Shown: piece by piece, positions 36,654 through 50,279 of the stretch | How positions within the stretch are numbered: the first letter of the stretch is position 1 | Layout of the letters: each line of letters starts with the position of its first letter | NCBI RefSeq assembly: GCF_009914755.1 | Contig: NC_060928.1 | DNA: 64,000 nt | Source: the human T2T-CHM13v2.0 reference genome, Homo sapiens | Direction: 5' to 3' (one strand) | The notes under the pieces: model-generated | Told to the model about the DNA's origin: nothing | Seen by the model: the letters and a program-made list of their open reading frames with translations, nothing else | Database searches by the model: none | Made by a program: the position numbers and the translations under genes

Positions 36654-37706
36654 TCAGTGAAGGTCGGCTGTTGGTTCTCCCACTTTCCTTCCACTCCTTC
36701 TCTTCCCTTGTCCAACCCCACCTCTGACCTTAGGAACTACACTGACATTCTATCTGCTTGTTCACAATGGAAAGGTGCCAATAACTAATGAAGAATTAGC
36801 TGATAGCATTAAAGCAATGGTCCCCTTAATTTCCTCTCCCAGCTAGCACAACTAGGGCTTGGACAGCTTTTGAGGATGCCATGGTGGTCCAGCCACCAGG
36901 AGGAGCAAACCCATGGAATCATGTTTAGGTGTAAAAGTCAAAGAGGGAAATTATGCAGATAGTGATTGATCCTTTGGTGGCCAACTCTGATCTTCTATGA
37001 AGAAGCAGTTAGGAAACGGGGTGAGAAATAGATTTTAGGGCTACTGGAATTTATTATTTTGCAATGCTAAGGAATGGTGGGAAAAGGATTATACAACATA
37101 ATGAGGGAGACCTGTTACTGGTCTTCCCACACTGACTCACTCTGACCCGGGGTCATTTCTTATCTATCTGGTCTGGTGATTTCACATAGGCAAAAAAAGA
37201 TATATACATATGTTAAGCAGAAACTACAAAAACCCGAGTTCCTTTTTTTCCATGTCATGTAAAATAAATTTTTCTTTGCATTCTTTTTCAAAAAAGATAA
37301 TACAGTGGCAATATAAACATCATGATTTTTTAAAAAAAACATGTAAATAGTGTAACTAACAAAATTTCTTCATTTTTGCTTGTTACCTCCCACATGCATG
37401 GTTCAAATATAGTTTTATTTGTAGTGTACATACATTTTGTGCAGAAATATTTAACAGTAAATAAATCCACCCACTTGAACAAAAATCTGTACTTCTGTTT
37501 ATTAAAATTTACTATATACATTGCCAGATCCTTTAATTTACAAATTCTCCATAAGTTCATTTATTCTTATTCTTTCCAGGAATGAAGGCTCCTACAGGAT
37601 ATTAGACATTTTGCTTAACTTTCAGACTTGTGCTGTCAGGGAGATTTTACTTGTAAACTAAACTTTATACACAATTGAACCAAACAGAGCATTTACAACC
37701 ACAGTG

Positions 37707-38175
37707 AATTCACAATAGCAAAGATATGGAATCAAGCTAAATGCCCATCAAGGGTGGAGTAGATAAAGAAAATTTGGTACATATACACCATGGAATACTA
37801 CGCAGCCAGAAAAGAGAACAAGATCATATCCTTTGCAGCAACATGGATGGAGCTGGAGATCATTAACCTAAGTGAATCAATGCAGGAAGAGAAAACCAAA
37901 TACTACATGTTCTCACCTGCCAGTGGAAGTTAAACACTGAGTGCACATGGACACAAAGAAAGGAACAATAGACACTGGAATCTACTTGAGGATGGAGGGT
38001 GAGAGGAGGGTGAGGATCGAACAACTACCTGTTGGGTGCTATGCTTATGACTTGGGAGATGAAAAAATCTGTACACCAAACCCCTGTGACACCAAAGTTA
38101 CCTATATAACAAACCTGTATATGTACCCCGAATGTAAACAAAAGTTGGAAAGAACAAACAAACATAATAAATAAA
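37707..38175 (+). mobile_element. L1PB/L1PA-old 3' end
   Basis: atatacaccatggaatactacgcagcc; ctttgcagcaacatggatggagctggag; taacaaacctgtatatgtacccc plus A-rich tail. Confidence 0.88.
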
Positions 38176-39126
38176 ACCACAGTGCCTTTCACTTTCTCCC
38201 TGGCTTTCATATGGCATCAGCTTTGACCACTCCATTACAGTTTCTCCTCTTGCGATGAGAGACGATCCCTCTCCACCTTCTCCAGACACTCTCCTGCCTG
38301 CTTTCCCGACCTCACGTTCCCCTGGCGCCCTTCCTGCTTCTTCAGCCATTCCTTCTCAGGCTCTTTTCCGGCTTCTCCTCCACAACATGGTCTTTAAATG
38401 TTGGGATTTTCCAGGCTCCAATCCAGGGCCCTCATTTATTCTCTCACAATATCCTCTCCCTAGGGCAGTTCATCTATTCTCCTCATTTTAATTACTTCCC
38501 CACCCTCCTCTCTAGGCTCATATACCCCACATATTCACACTACCCCTACTTATCAAACTGCCTACCTGCCATTTCCCTTGTTTTACTGAAGGTGGAAGAT
38601 GCTGGTGGAAATAATCACAGAAGCATCATAGAGAAAGGCCATCTTTAAGAATTCAGAACTTTCCTCTGCCAGTGTTTATGGGAAGAGATAATGTCAATAA
38701 CTGTTAAACAAGGCTGCTCTTGTTGAATTATCAGCAAAAATAAAGAAGTCATTTGATCTGACAAAATGAGTGACAAAAGGGGTATATCATCATGAAACGG
38801 GTTCTGATAAAATGTTCAAACATCTGGGATTCTCTCAGAGTTGGATATCCCTTCCTGGTTTATGAAAAATGCATTTTTAGAAAATACCTGGCTTGAATTC
38901 CTTCCATTTTGTTAATTTGGTAGGCAGTTCAAAATATCAAATAGTGTGAATTAGCCAGTCTATTCAAATGTTTCAGAAGGGAAGGAGTGTGCAGTAAGTG
39001 ACATTATAGAACTAGAAAGCAAGATAATTTTATAATATTCCTTTAGATGTTTATTACTTTATTTAACTATACAAAACGTATGCAAATTCTTTATTATCTA
39101 CCATAATGGCAAAGATGAACAGACAT

Positions 39127-39421
<295 letters not shown>

Positions 39422-39475
39422 TAGAAGTATGTATTGATTTAAGTAATTACATGTGTATCTTTGGCTGCAGCATTA

Positions 39476-40017
39476 TGTATAAGGGTTCTCTAGAGGGACA
39501 GAATTAATAGAATAGATGTATATATGAAGGGGAGTTTATTAAGGAGTATTGACTCACACGATCACAAGGTGAAGTCCCACAATAGACCATCTGCAAGCTG
39601 AGGAGTAAGGAAGCCAGTCTGAATCCCAAAACCTCACTGTAGGGATACCAACAGTGCAACCTTCAGTCTGTGGCCGAAGGCCCGAGAGCCCCGGCAAACC
39701 ACTGGTCTAAGTCCAAGAGTCCAAAAGCTGAAGAACTTGGAGTCTGATGTTCAAGGGCAGGAAGCACCCAGTACAGAAGAAAGATGAAAGCCGGAAGACT
39801 CAGTAAGTCAACCTCTCCCACCTTCTTCTGCCTGCTTTATTCTAGCAGTGCTGGCAGCTAATTGGATGGTGCCCACCCACATTGAGGGTGGGTCTGCCTC
39901 TCCCAGTCTACTGACTCAAATGTTAATCTCCTTTGGCAACATCCTCACAGACATAACCAGGAACAATACTTTGCATCCTCAATCCGATCAAGGTGACACT
40001 TAGTATTAACCATCACA
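39476..40017 (-). mobile_element. MLT2A-like ERVL solo LTR
   Basis: gggttctctagagggacagaa ... gtattaaccatcaca termini; TSD CATTA/CATTG. Confidence 0.88.
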
Positions 40018-41281
40018 CATTGTATCAGCATGTTTCAATTGATCAAAAAGGAAATAGCTCAAATATATAATCAGGTCTAAGGAGATCTGGGCTGAGTGAC
40101 CAGGCAGGCCCTCCCAGAGGCCCTCAGTTTTTCTTTTAAATGGAATAATCCCCACATCAGAAGTGGCATTTTTGCCTGAGTGTGTGGGGTGGTGGGGAGA
40201 CAGGGACTTGTTAAGATGCAAAGTTACCAACCCAAGGGAGCAAATATGCCCGTATTAGAAACAGAAACTGAGGAGAGCCGACACTGAGAAGGGTTGAATA
40301 GCAAAACCAGGGTGTTTATATCAGCCATGACTTCCGGGCAAGATAGGAGATTTTTTTTAAGATTGTACTAAAACTAGATGTTATAAACATCCTCTCTACT
40401 TCTATGAGAGCTTGTGGGGACAGCTCAACACAGAGCAAAGGATCAACTGAGAGAGAAAGAAAGAATTTCCTGGGTAACAGGCGGCCGCTGCAGGCACTTG
40501 CTGCGTGTGTATTGACAGAGGGAACACTTGCCTTCTGCTCCACACTCATACATATCTGGCTTACGACAGAAACACAGTTGACAAAGTTTCTGTTCTTAAA
40601 GGGAGTGCTTTGGGCAACTGCAGATGGGGAAAGAAAATTAACGAAGAGCCTTCATGCAAGGAAATGACCATTTTGGTGGTGACAGGCATGGATGAAGAAC
40701 AGCATGGAGCCTAGAAGAGGATTCTGAATGAAAAATGTCTAGGGAAAGTAGACCCTGAGAGCCCAGCACAGACACAGTGACCCCTGTGAAATCTGGCTAA
40801 GAATCAAATTAAATCCTCAGTGAGGAGAGATTAAAGGTTAACACCGGAACTGCTCTATACATTTTTTATATTTTTAGTAGATATACATTTTGATTGGGTT
40901 AACTATTTGGTTAACTCTATATTGTTAGTTGTCAGAGTATGGATTCAATCAGTCTGAACTTATTTTTGAGCTGTATATAAAGCTCTGAGTTAAAAAAAAT
41001 TTGGAGGCTTTGTTAAAGAAAGAAAGCTGTCCTTCATGAACCCCACTGCCAACTGCAATCCAGACTCCAGAGTGGACAGACCACCCTAGAGAGTGGTAAA
41101 ACCAGGTAAGCAGCACCTCTTCAGGAACAGGGATGTGAGGAGGTTTATTCCTGCCTGCTCATACTTGTTTTACTTCATGCTTATAAGAATTGAGGTTAAT
41201 GAACGTGACAGCTTCTGATTGTACAGTGAGAGGTTGAAGAAATAAGGAAAAGGACTAATAGAAGGTTCTTACTTTACCATC

Positions 41282-42953
41282 TGCCATAGTTTGGATGTTT
41301 GTCCGCTCTGGATCTCAAGTTGAAATGTGATCCCCAGTGCTGAAGGTGGGCCTAGAGGGAAGTTTTTGGAGCATGGGGGAGGATCCCTCATGAATGTCTT
41401 GGTGTCCTCCTCACAGTAATAAGTGAGTTCCTGCAAGATCTGATTGTTAAAGAGTCTAGGGTCCCTCCTACTTATTGCCTCCTTTTGCCATGTGATATTG
41501 TTAAAGAGTCTAGGGTCCCTCCTACTTTTTGCCTCCTTTTGCCATGTGATGTTGTTAAAGAGTCTGGGGTCCCTCCTACTTCTTACCTTCTTTTGCCATG
41601 TGACACACCTGCTCCCCCTTCACCTTCCACCATGAGTGGAAGCTTCCTGAGGCCCTCACCAGAAGCAATGCTGGTACCATGCTTGTACAGACTGCTGAAC
41701 CAGAGCCAAATAAAACTCTTTTCTTTACAAATTACCCAGCCTCAGGTATACGTTTACAGCAATGCAAAATGGACTAACAGAACATTCGTACTGAGGAATG
41801 GGGTGTTGCTGTAAAGACATATGAAGATGTGGAAGCAGCTTTGAAACTGGGTAATGGGCAGAGGCTGGAAAACTTCTGAGGGCTCAGAAGAAGACAGGAA
41901 AGTTTGGAACTTCTTAGAGACTAGTTAAATGATTGTGACCAAAATACTGATAGAAACACGGACAATGAAAGCCAGGCTGAGCAGGTCTCAGATGGAAATG
42001 AGGAAGTTATTGGGAAACGGAGCAAAGGTCACCCTTGTTACACCCTAGCAAAGAACTTGGCTGCATTGTGCCTATGTTCTAGGGCTCTGTGGAAGGTTGA
42101 ACTTGAGAGTGATGACCTAGGGTATCTGGTGCAGGAAATTTCTCAGCAGCAAAACATTGAACATGCTGAGTGGCTGCTTCTAACAACCTACCATCAGATA
42201 TGGGAGCAAAGAAATGACTTAAAGTTGGAATTTATGTTTAAAAGGGAAGCAGAGCATAATGTTTGGAAAAATCACAACCTGGCCATATAGTGGAGAAGGA
42301 AAAAGCATTTCAGGACAGAAATACAAGTAGGGTAAGGAGCAACCACTTGCTAGAGAGATTTGCATGATTAAAAGGGAGTCAAGTGCTTATAGCCAAGAGG
42401 CCTAGAAGGCATTTCGGAAATCTCTGAGGTAGTCCCTCCCATCACAGACCTGGAGGCCTAGGAGGAAAGAATGGCTCCAGGGGCCAGGTCCATGGTCCCT
42501 TGCCCTGTGCAACCTTGGGACACTGCTCCCCCCATCCCCACTGGGGCTCAAACGATCCCAGGCACAGCTTGGGCTGTTACTTTGAAGAGTGCAAGTCACT
42601 GTAAGACTTGGCAACTTCCATGCAGTGTTAAGCCAGCAGGTGCACAGAATGTAACAGTGAAGGAGGCTCGGCAGTTTCTACCTAGATTTCAGAGCATATA
42701 TGGGAAAGCCTGAGTGCCCAAGCAGAAGCCTGCCATAGGGGCAGAGCCTCCCAGAGAGACTCTACTTCCTGTTGCTCCTTTTTGCCATGTGATGCACCTG
42801 CTCCCCCTTTGCCTTCTGCCATGAGGCTCTTGCCACAAGCAATACTGGCTCCATGCTTTTACAGCCTGCAGAACTGTAAGCCAAATACTTTTTTCTTTAT
42901 CAATTGCCCAGCCTCAGGTATTCCTTTATGGCAATGCAAAATGCACTAACACA
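41282..42953 (+). mobile_element. MST-family MaLR provirus remnant: 5' LTR (~41282-41780), internal region (~41781-42765), truncated 3' LTR (~42766-42953)
   Basis: MST LTR and MaLR-int motifs (gtggaagcagctttgaaactgggtaatgggcagaggctgg); TSD CCATC/TCATC. Confidence 0.88.
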
Positions 42954-42991
42954 TCATCTTTTTGACTTTTGTCTTTCACCTTTTCAAAGTA

Positions 42992-43329
42992 TAGATGGTC
43001 CTCAATTTACAGTGGTTTGATGTACGATATTCTGGCTTTATGATGGTGTGAAAGGGAACTGTGTTTAGTAGAAACCGTACTTTTTTTTTTTTTTTTAGTT
43101 TACACTGGTAAGAAAGATACAGACTTTTTGTTAGATTATTTTGCCCAACTGCAGACTAATGTAAGTGTTCTGAGTGCATTTAAGGTAGGTTAGACTAAGC
43201 TATGTTGTTCAGTAGGTTAGGTGTATTACATGCATAACAATGCATATCCTGTCAACAGACAAGATATTTTCAATTTAGGATGGGTTTATCAGGATATAAC
43301 CCCATTGTACATAAATCAAGGAACACCTG
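42992..43329 (-). mobile_element. MER47-like Tigger (Tc-mariner) MITE
   Basis: Imperfect TIRs (tagatggtcctcaattta / taaatcaaggaacacctg) flanked by TA. Confidence 0.75.
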
Positions 43330-44089
43330 TATGTGTCCCTAAAAGCCAGGCTGCGATCTACCAAGACCACTGGCAGCCCTTGCTGGGGATGGTGTGCAAT
43401 GCGTTATCACCTTCACTCCAAGGCAGTGATGAGTGAGCTGAGATTTAGAAAAACAGATATGAGTTCATGATCTGTACTAGCAACTAGCTGGAATGACCCT
43501 ATTCAAGTCTTCTGATTTTTTTCCATGTCATTTCATAGTCTAGTTCTGCTGACAGCATTCTCCCCTCATCAGTCCCAGGGCCCTCTCTAGCTTGGCTCTG
43601 CCTACTCCCACTCTATTTAACTCTGCCTGGAGAAGCTCTCCATGGGCGGGACCCATAAGCTCACCTGGGCTGGGGCCTCTTTCCAAGAAAGCCTCTGTCA
43701 GCTTGCAAAGGATCTAAGACATTTCTCTACTTCCATCCCTTCTCCCAATCCCCCTTACTTATCTATCATTCCAATGCCTTCCAGGCCAAGTCAAATCCTG
43801 ATTTCCCCAAGAAACATCCCCAGAGTCTCTCAGAATCTTTCCTCTGTCCTCCAGGGTGATTTATGTCAATGTCTCTTTCTCCTGCTCCTGCTTGATTATG
43901 GATTCCTCAAAGGAGGGGTCAAATCTCCTTTGCCACAGCCCCTAGCATTTTGCTTTGTTGAATCTGTTGGACAAAATAATTGCTTTGAACAAAATAATTC
44001 TCACTAAGTTTTTATTAAATAAATATCATTGGGATATGTGTAGAAAATTTCTGTTAGGTTATTGAATACACACATGACATATTCTAAGT

Positions 44090-44375
44090 GTTTTTTAAAT
44101 GCCTTTACTGAGATATAATTTACGTACCAAAGAATTCACTACGTAAAGTGTACAATTCAATGTTTTCAGTATATTCACAGGGTTGCGCAACCATTACCAC
44201 AATCCAATTTTAGAATCTCTTTGTCTCTCCAAAAAGAAACCCCGTACCCATTAGTAGTCACTCTCCATTTCCACCTATCACCCAGCTCCTGACAACCACT
44301 CATCTACTTTCTGTCTCTATAGACTTGCCTATACTGGACATATAAATAGAATCATACAAGATGTGGTCATTTATG
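44090..44375 (-). mobile_element. L1MB-like 3' end
   Basis: gagatataattt...aagtgtacaattcaatg...ctactttctgtctctatagacttgcct. Confidence 0.8.
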
Positions 44376-44844
44376 GTCTAAGTTTTAAGCTATTGAAACA
44401 TTCAGAAATTTTTCTTTTTGAAAGGTTGGCTCCTTTAAATAAACCTCTGGCAAAATCCTTCCCAGAAGGGAGAAATCATTAATCAGGCAGGAGGAACACT
44501 GAATGACCTTTTAAAGGATATTTGTATTTATCAGAGAATAACTACAACATCGCACAAATAAATGATTCTTATTTAATAGGAAGACACTTTGGGCAAATGT
44601 GAAATACATCATGGGACCAGTTGTTCCCTCCTAAGGCTGACTCTTGCTTCTGGCATCTTCTGCTCCTCCCAATCCTCCAGCATAACCTGCTTGGAGAAAT
44701 TGTCAAGCTCTTGGAAAAGGCCAAAGTTCACTATGTACCTTCTCGCTAATAGGATGAGGGTGAGTTTTTTAAAAAAATAACTCTTGAAAAGTTTCCTGAG
44801 AGGTAAACCCATCCTCTTTAAGAAACAACTATAAATCTTTATCA

Positions 44845-45340
44845 CCAATTTCATGCATTCTAAGATGCACAGTTTTTCACACATAAATGTTCCTCAAATT
44901 GGGATGCATCTTGCAGTTGCTGCTGGCCTGGTGATAGTCAAGGAGCTGCCATTGCTCACAGGAGCACGAGCCTATTGTAGCTCTTCATAGGGCATTTTAA
45001 TTGAGATGTGTGCCTGGTTGTTACCACCCATGTGAGCTCCTAGGCCGCTGGCAATGTCTTCAGAAAGTGTATACTACGATTTGACATTGACTTTCTACAC
45101 AATGTCAAAGTGTAGGAATTTCAGGAATACCCTGGCCTTATATTTTCCTGTTAACATATGCACAAGAGTGATATGCAATCTAAAAATAATCTGTTTAAAG
45201 TCTGAAGGAGCATTTTCAAACTGATTATAAAGAAAAAAAGCTTATGTTAGAGTTTAATTAGCAGGTATCTGTTCCCTTTCTTAGTGATACAAAAAATAAT
45301 GATATATTTTACGATCTTTCATTCTGTATCTTAAACTCAG
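44845..45340. mobile_element. Kanga/MER104-like Tc2 DNA transposon remnant
   Basis: attctaagatgcacagtttttcac...gggatgcatctt terminal motif; recalled consensus. Confidence 0.55.
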
Positions 45341-46057
45341 TATATCCCTGGTGTGTTATCTCAGTCTATGCTCTTCATGCATCAGAGAAGCGTTGTGAAA
45401 TGAAGCAGAATTCTGACTCAAGTAAGGGGAGCTGAAAAAGGGAGCTTTGCTTTAGAAACTTTTGAGGTTACTTCTCATGCCCTGGTGCTTGTACAGAAGA
45501 CAACAACAAAAAAATCATGCCAGAGAAAAACAAGTTGGGTTACACAAGATTCAAGTGGGATTCAGTTTTCAGAGTGCTGGCAAACAGCCTGGAAACAGCT
45601 CTATAAGCTCCTGGAATCCTCCAGAGGACTGCAGAACTCCATAAACCATATTCTGACATCATCCCTGTCTGGGTATAGACAGGACCAGCAGCCACCCAGG
45701 AATGGCCTTAAAGAATCCCTAATGAATTAATCATCATAAACCAGCTCGGGAGCAGGAGAACATGCTCATGCCGTCAGTCTGCCTTTGCCCAGGAGTTCCA
45801 CCTCCCATTCACCAATTAACTTTACAGTTGCATCTGCCTTTCCTGCCAAGCTCTCCCATAAAGGAATTTATCACCTTCTGTTCTGCTTTTCTTCCCAAAT
45901 GTGAATCAGAAACCAACAGCACTGTTTAAAAAGGCACTTTCAGCAAATCCAATTATGCCCCCAAGCACCTTTACACAGAATGAGTGAGCTCTTCTGCCTT
46001 GCCTTTTGTGGCTTTATTAAACCCTGCTGGCCCAGAAGCTCACTGCTAGCTTGGGCC

Positions 46058-46300
46058 AATAATAATAAGAAACACTTGTTTATGTGCCAGGTACTGTTCT
46101 AAGGGTTTCATATATATTAACTCATTTCATCCTCATGACAATCCTTTGAGATCAGTACTGTTATTATCCCACGTTACAGATAAGGAAACTGAGGCACAGA
46201 GAAGTTAAGAAACTTGCCCAGGGTCACACAGCTCCAGGAAGACGAGATGAGGGTTGAACCCAGGCAATCTGGCTCCAGAGTCCATGCTTGTAACCACTCT
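46058..46300 (-). mobile_element. MIR SINE
   Basis: Core acagataaggaaactgaggcacagagaagttaag...ttgcccagggtcacacagct. Confidence 0.88.
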
Positions 46301-47403
46301 ACGTGCTCCACAATGAAGAAAGATGGTCAGACATTTTACTTTGCCTTTTACTAAGTGAAGATGTGAAAGTTAGATGGTCCTGTGGCGTTCACATCTTTAA
46401 TCAGTCTTACTTGGAACTCAGTATATATAAAGGATCCGATCAGAGATGTCTTGTTTGAAATGGGGGTAAGGACCTGCAGGCATTGCGCCTGTATGGCCTT
46501 CCTGCTGAACCCCTGCGGTGGCCTTGGGCATTTCCTCGGACACCAGAGGCTTCTGGAAATCACAACTGGGAAACCTCCACCTGAATGTCTCTTCTTATTG
46601 ATGAGTTACCCGAGGAGTTCCCAAGGCTGCAGAGCTCAGCAGGGGCAGAGCTGCCGGCAAAGCCCAGCTCCCCTGACGCTCCACCAGATTCTGGCTCCCT
46701 GGCCCCGCCCCAGCGTGCTGCCTCTGCACGTCAGTTAGCGCCTGCAACACCGCACTTAATGAGGACAAACAAATGTGCTCATCGCATTGAGTTCAAGTGC
46801 GAATGATGTGATCTTTCTGCTCCTGCTTAGCAATCCCTTCTCTGGAAAGATCTAGGGCAGACACCGCAGAGCTTTAAACATCGACTTCCAGAGAGCAGAG
46901 GTGGGTTTACTGGGAAGCCCTCAAAATCAGAGCTGCAGCAGTTCCGATTAATCTCAGTTAGTCTCATCTTCAAGGGAGTTTTCGCTATCACTATTATTTC
47001 ATCCCTGGATATTGTTTGGAAGCCTGTCCTTCTAATCAATGCCTAGTAAGACAGGGGATAGGACACTTATACCACCTGAGAAATTTGGAAGGGCTCATGC
47101 AAGTTGGTAATATCTCTTTTTTTCTGGAGTATAAATCTCCAACTTCTTCTGTATGGATCACTTTGTATTTGCAGAGAGCCCACAAAGCGTCATTGTTTTT
47201 GAAAGCATTGCCTCTTGAAAATAAATCTGTGTCCTTTCCCTCGCAGCAGGCGCTACCAAGACCTTTTCTGAGGGCTCAAACCAGACAGATGGAGTAAGCG
47301 GCCATGAAGTAATACTAACTTACAATTACTGCTCTGTATTTTTAAGTTAATAAATAAATAATTCTTCAACTGCAACACTTTCCTTTGTGTTAACTGAACT
47401 CTT

Positions 47404-48600
47404 ACACATGGCGTACACCCACGGTGATATTAGGAGTAATATCTCCCTAAGATATTATGAATAATACCACAGGCTGTACATCCACTGTAATATTAGGAGT
47501 AATATCTCCCTAGTATATTATGATATCATACACTCACTGTGATATTAGAAGTAATATCTCCTTAGGATATTACAAATAATATCACAGGGTGTACACCCAC
47601 TGTGATATTAGGGGTACTACCTCCCTAGGATATTACAAATAGTATCACAGGGTGTACAGCCACTGTGATATTAGGAGTTATATCTTCCTAAAGTTTTATG
47701 AATTATATCACAGGGTGTACACACATGGTGTACACCCACTGTGATATTAGGAATAATATCTCCCTACAATATTATAGATAATATCACAGTGGGTGTACAC
47801 CTGTGACACACACATGGTGTACACCCACTGTGATATTAGAAGTAATATCTCCCTAGGATATTACAAATAATATCATGAGGTGTACACCAACTGTGATATT
47901 AGCAGTAATATCTCCCTAGGATAGTAAGAATAATATCACAGGGTGTACACCCACTGTGATATTAGGAGTAATACCTCCCTAGGACAGTATAAATAATATC
48001 ACAGGATGTACACTCTCTATGATATTACGAGTAATATCTCCCTAGGATATTACTCCTTGTGTCACGGGGTGTACAGCCACTGTGATATTAGGAGGAATAT
48101 CTCCCTAGAATATTATGAATAATAACACAGAGTGTACACCCACTGTGATATTAGGAGTAATATATTCCTAGTATATTACGAATGATATCACAAGGTATAC
48201 ACCCACTGTGCTATTAGGAGTAGTATCTTCCTAGGATATTATGAATAATATCTCCCTAGGATATTACGTATAATATCACAGGGTATACACCCACTGTGAT
48301 ATGAGGAGTAATATCTCCCTAGGATACTATGAATAATATCATATGGTATATACCCACTGTGATAGTAGTAGTAATATCATCTCCCTAGGATATTACGAAT
48401 AATATCACAGGGTGTACATTCACTGTGATATTAGGAGTAATATCATCTCCCTGGGATACTATGAATAATAACACAGAGTGTACACCCACTGTGATAGTAG
48501 GGGTAATATCTCCCTAGGATATTATGAATAATATTACAAGGTGTACACCCACTGTGATATTAGGAGTAATATCTCCTAATATCCTAGGAAGATATTACTC
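47404..48600. repeat. SATR1/SATR2-type satellite array, 63-bp unit, about 18-19 copies
   Basis: Unit GGGTGTACACCCACTGTGATATTAGGAGTAATATCTCCCTAGGATATTACGAATAATATCACA; period 63 (47941, 48004, 48067). Confidence 0.92.
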
Positions 48601-48651
48601 ATTTAATAACTTTTTTATAACTTCAGTCACATGCATAAACAAATCGACATT

Positions 48652-49066
<415 letters not shown>

Positions 49067-49865
49067 TCACATTTTTTGCCCATTACTGATTTTTTAAAAA
49101 TCCTCCCTTCCTCTGCGTGAATAGATGCATTATATTGACAGTCAAATGGCAACCACAGTATTATGTTCACATCTCTGGCCATCATCAGATATGTCTGCCT
49201 TTGTCTTTTGTAAACTTGGCCAAGTTATTTATGCTCACACTTAATTTCTCTCTAGAAATAATGCCATTCCAGTCATTAAGAAATAGGAATTCTCGAGAGA
49301 GAATTCACAGGTATGGCATTATTGTGGGGAAAGTGAGCTGCTCATTTATGAAAGACATTATTAACAAAGGAAGAGAATTCTGCTTTATGTTCAGATGGCT
49401 ATTTTCTTGGATCTCACTCAAATCTTGATGTCATAGTCTGGGGCAGGAATGAGCAGCAAGTAAACGCCTTCTTAAGTAGATGCAGCCAAGTATAAAAGAA
49501 AATATATACTGTCCCTTAAAATTTAGTCTATGGACCATAAATGCTATTAGAATTGCCTCATTTCTTCCAGCAGTTTTCTAATATAATTGCCATAAATGGA
49601 ATACTTTCAATACACAGATGTTCAGTCTCCACCCAAGACCACCTAGGTCAGAATCTATTGGGATGTGTACCAAGCAGTGTGTGTAAAGGATTTCTGCTGT
49701 GCCTAGCCTAATTGGCTAAGAACAACTGCTCTCAATGGTTCATTCTTTGATATCCTAGTTTAAAAAAAAAAAAAAACCCTAAAGCATTTTTGTAACTTTT
49801 TGTAATGTTTTCTTGATTCCACTGATGCCAAAATTAATTTTCCTGGTTAAAACATCACAACTTCA

Positions 49866-50279
<414 letters not shown>

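Noticed and set aside
37160-37570. AT-rich stretch resembling a 3'UTR (TGTAAATA, TGTACATA, AATAAA motifs)
   Set aside because: No upstream exon, poly(A) tail or TSD, and I do not recognise a parent gene; such motifs are common in AT-rich DNA.
41444-42713. ORFs with a repeated LKSLGSLLL motif and MaLR-internal ORFs
   Set aside because: Products of the 54-bp LTR triplication and decayed MST internal sequence.
47404-48600. Palindromic regularly spaced repeats resembling a CRISPR array
   Set aside because: Units are contiguous with no unique spacers, there are no cas genes, and the context is primate DNA; it is a satellite.
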